Position numbers and translations under genes: made by a program
In this document: piece after piece, positions 62,945 to 64,000 of the stretch
How positions within the stretch are numbered: the first letter of the stretch is position 1
How the letters are laid out: each line of letters starts with the position of its first letter
Assembly: GCF_963921235.1 (NCBI RefSeq)
Contig: NC_086101.1
Coordinates: 75,330,001 to 75,394,000 of the forward strand
Direction: 5' to 3'
DNA length: 64,000 nt
Origin: Mobula hypostoma
Taxonomy: Eukaryota
Notes under the pieces: model-generated
Seen by the model: only the letters and a program-made list of their open reading frames with translations
Databases searched by the model: none
What the model was told of the DNA's origin: nothing

Positions 62945-63297
62945 CCATCGTCATTATGTGACGTGTCATGATATGGGCGGGTATGGTCTGTGACTATGGT
63001 TGTTCTGGGCAAATTTTTCTGCAGAAGTGCTTTGCCATTGCTGCCTTCTGGGCAGTGTCAATGCTCTTCAGAGACTGCCTGGCGTCAATGGTTGCATAAC
63101 TGGGATCTGTGACGTGTATCAGCTGCTCATACGACCATCTACCACCTGCTCCCATGGCTTCACATGGCCCTGATCCAGGGGGTGGGGGGGAGCTAAGCAG
63201 GTGCTGCACCTTGCCCAAGGGTGACCTGCAGGCTAGCAGAAGGAAGGAGCGCCTTACACCTCCTTTGGTAGAGACAGATCTCCACCCTGCCACCCAG
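62945..63297 (-). mobile_element. RTE-tailed SINE family A, copy 3
   Basis: Homologous to 6413-6797 and 38098-38475; ends ~70 nt before the exon 31 acceptor. Confidence 0.72.
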
Positions 63298-63369
63298 TGC
63301 TGAATAATAATATGTGTGAAATGTTTAGATAGCAGTTATTCTGATTGACCTTTTTCTTCTGTTTATTAG

Positions 63370-63474
63370 AAAAAATACAAGGAACAATATGAAAAGATGA
63401 AGAGCAAATACGTAATGATCCCAGACACACCAATGCTGTTGTCATGCAAGAAAGCCTATGTCAATGCCAGTGAT
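63370..63474 (+). CDS. NEB: Nebulin exon 31, KKYKEQYEKMKSKY...NASD
   Basis: tattag| and |gtatgt; 105 nt. Confidence 0.95.
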
Positions 63475-63572
63475 GTATGTATTGAATTTCTATGCTTTTC
63501 ACTATAAAAGTTGTGTAGTGCTCATCTGTTTTTGTTCGAGTGTTAAATCCATGTACTCTTTGTTCCTCAAAG

Positions 63573-63677
63573 TTACGGTACAAGGAAGCCTTTGAGCATT
63601 CTAAAGGGCGGTGCACAACAGTGAAAGATGCTCTGAACATCATCTACCATCGCAAGGTCACGGATGATATCAGTGAG
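63573..63677 (+). CDS. NEB: Nebulin exon 32, LRYKEAFEHSKGRCTTVKDALNIIYHRKVTDDISE
   Basis: tcaaag| and |gtaatg; 105 nt. Confidence 0.95.
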
Positions 63678-64000
63678 GTAATGTTGGCATGTTTTGAGTG
63701 GATGGTGTCTTCTGATTTTTTTTTGTTTTAAAGGTCATATTGAATCAGTATGTTAAATGGAATAGTGGCCTTGTTTGAAGAAAAAGCCAAAAGAACCAGT
63801 TGTTTTATTTTAGTTAGCGATCGGGCCCTTATAACTCAACAAGCCTGCCCAGCCCACTCACACCCACGTAACTTACTAATCTGCATGCCTATGGGATGTG
63901 GGAAACCTCTGTAGTCACAGAGAGATCGTACAAACTCCTTACAGACTGCAGCAGACTTGAAGCCATGTCATGGTCCCTGTGTGGCACTAACTGCTGCGCT

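Noticed and set aside
2784-63677. NRAP or nebulette instead of NEB
   Set aside because: The module order and diagnostic peptides (GKVAPTTKT, YLYVELATK, TVKDAL.I.YHRKVTDDIS) follow the C-terminal super-repeats of nebulin as I recall them; a BLASTP would confirm.

Overview
Vertebrate genomic DNA, most likely a cartilaginous fish (ray/shark; inferred from HE1-like V-SINEs, CR1/HER1-type LINEs and other repeat content). The window is an internal part of the nebulin gene (NEB, + strand): 32 phase-0 coding exons with canonical AG/GT sites (2784-63677, 3981 nt, 1327 aa) that encode SDxxYK actin-binding modules grouped in 7-module super-repeats marked by W[LMV][KR]GxG. There is no start or stop codon in the window. 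Introns are either tiny (83-168 nt) or expanded by transposons: two long CR1 LINEs, two Tc1 transposons (one near-intact, nested in a CR1), Penelope-like elements, Rex1/L2, RTE and HERO-like fragments, three solo LTRs with 5-bp TSDs, MITEs and several SINE families. The most notable non-annotated signal is a set of seven Penelope-type minimal hammerhead ribozyme motifs (CUGANGA...GAAAC-NUH) in NEB introns, five of them sense to the pre-mRNA. Also notable are a recurring composite element with a mini-MITE hairpin at each end and a stepwise fragmentation of the 312-nt super-repeat exon. No searches or folding programs were run; family names and comparisons to human NEB come from motif recognition and recall.
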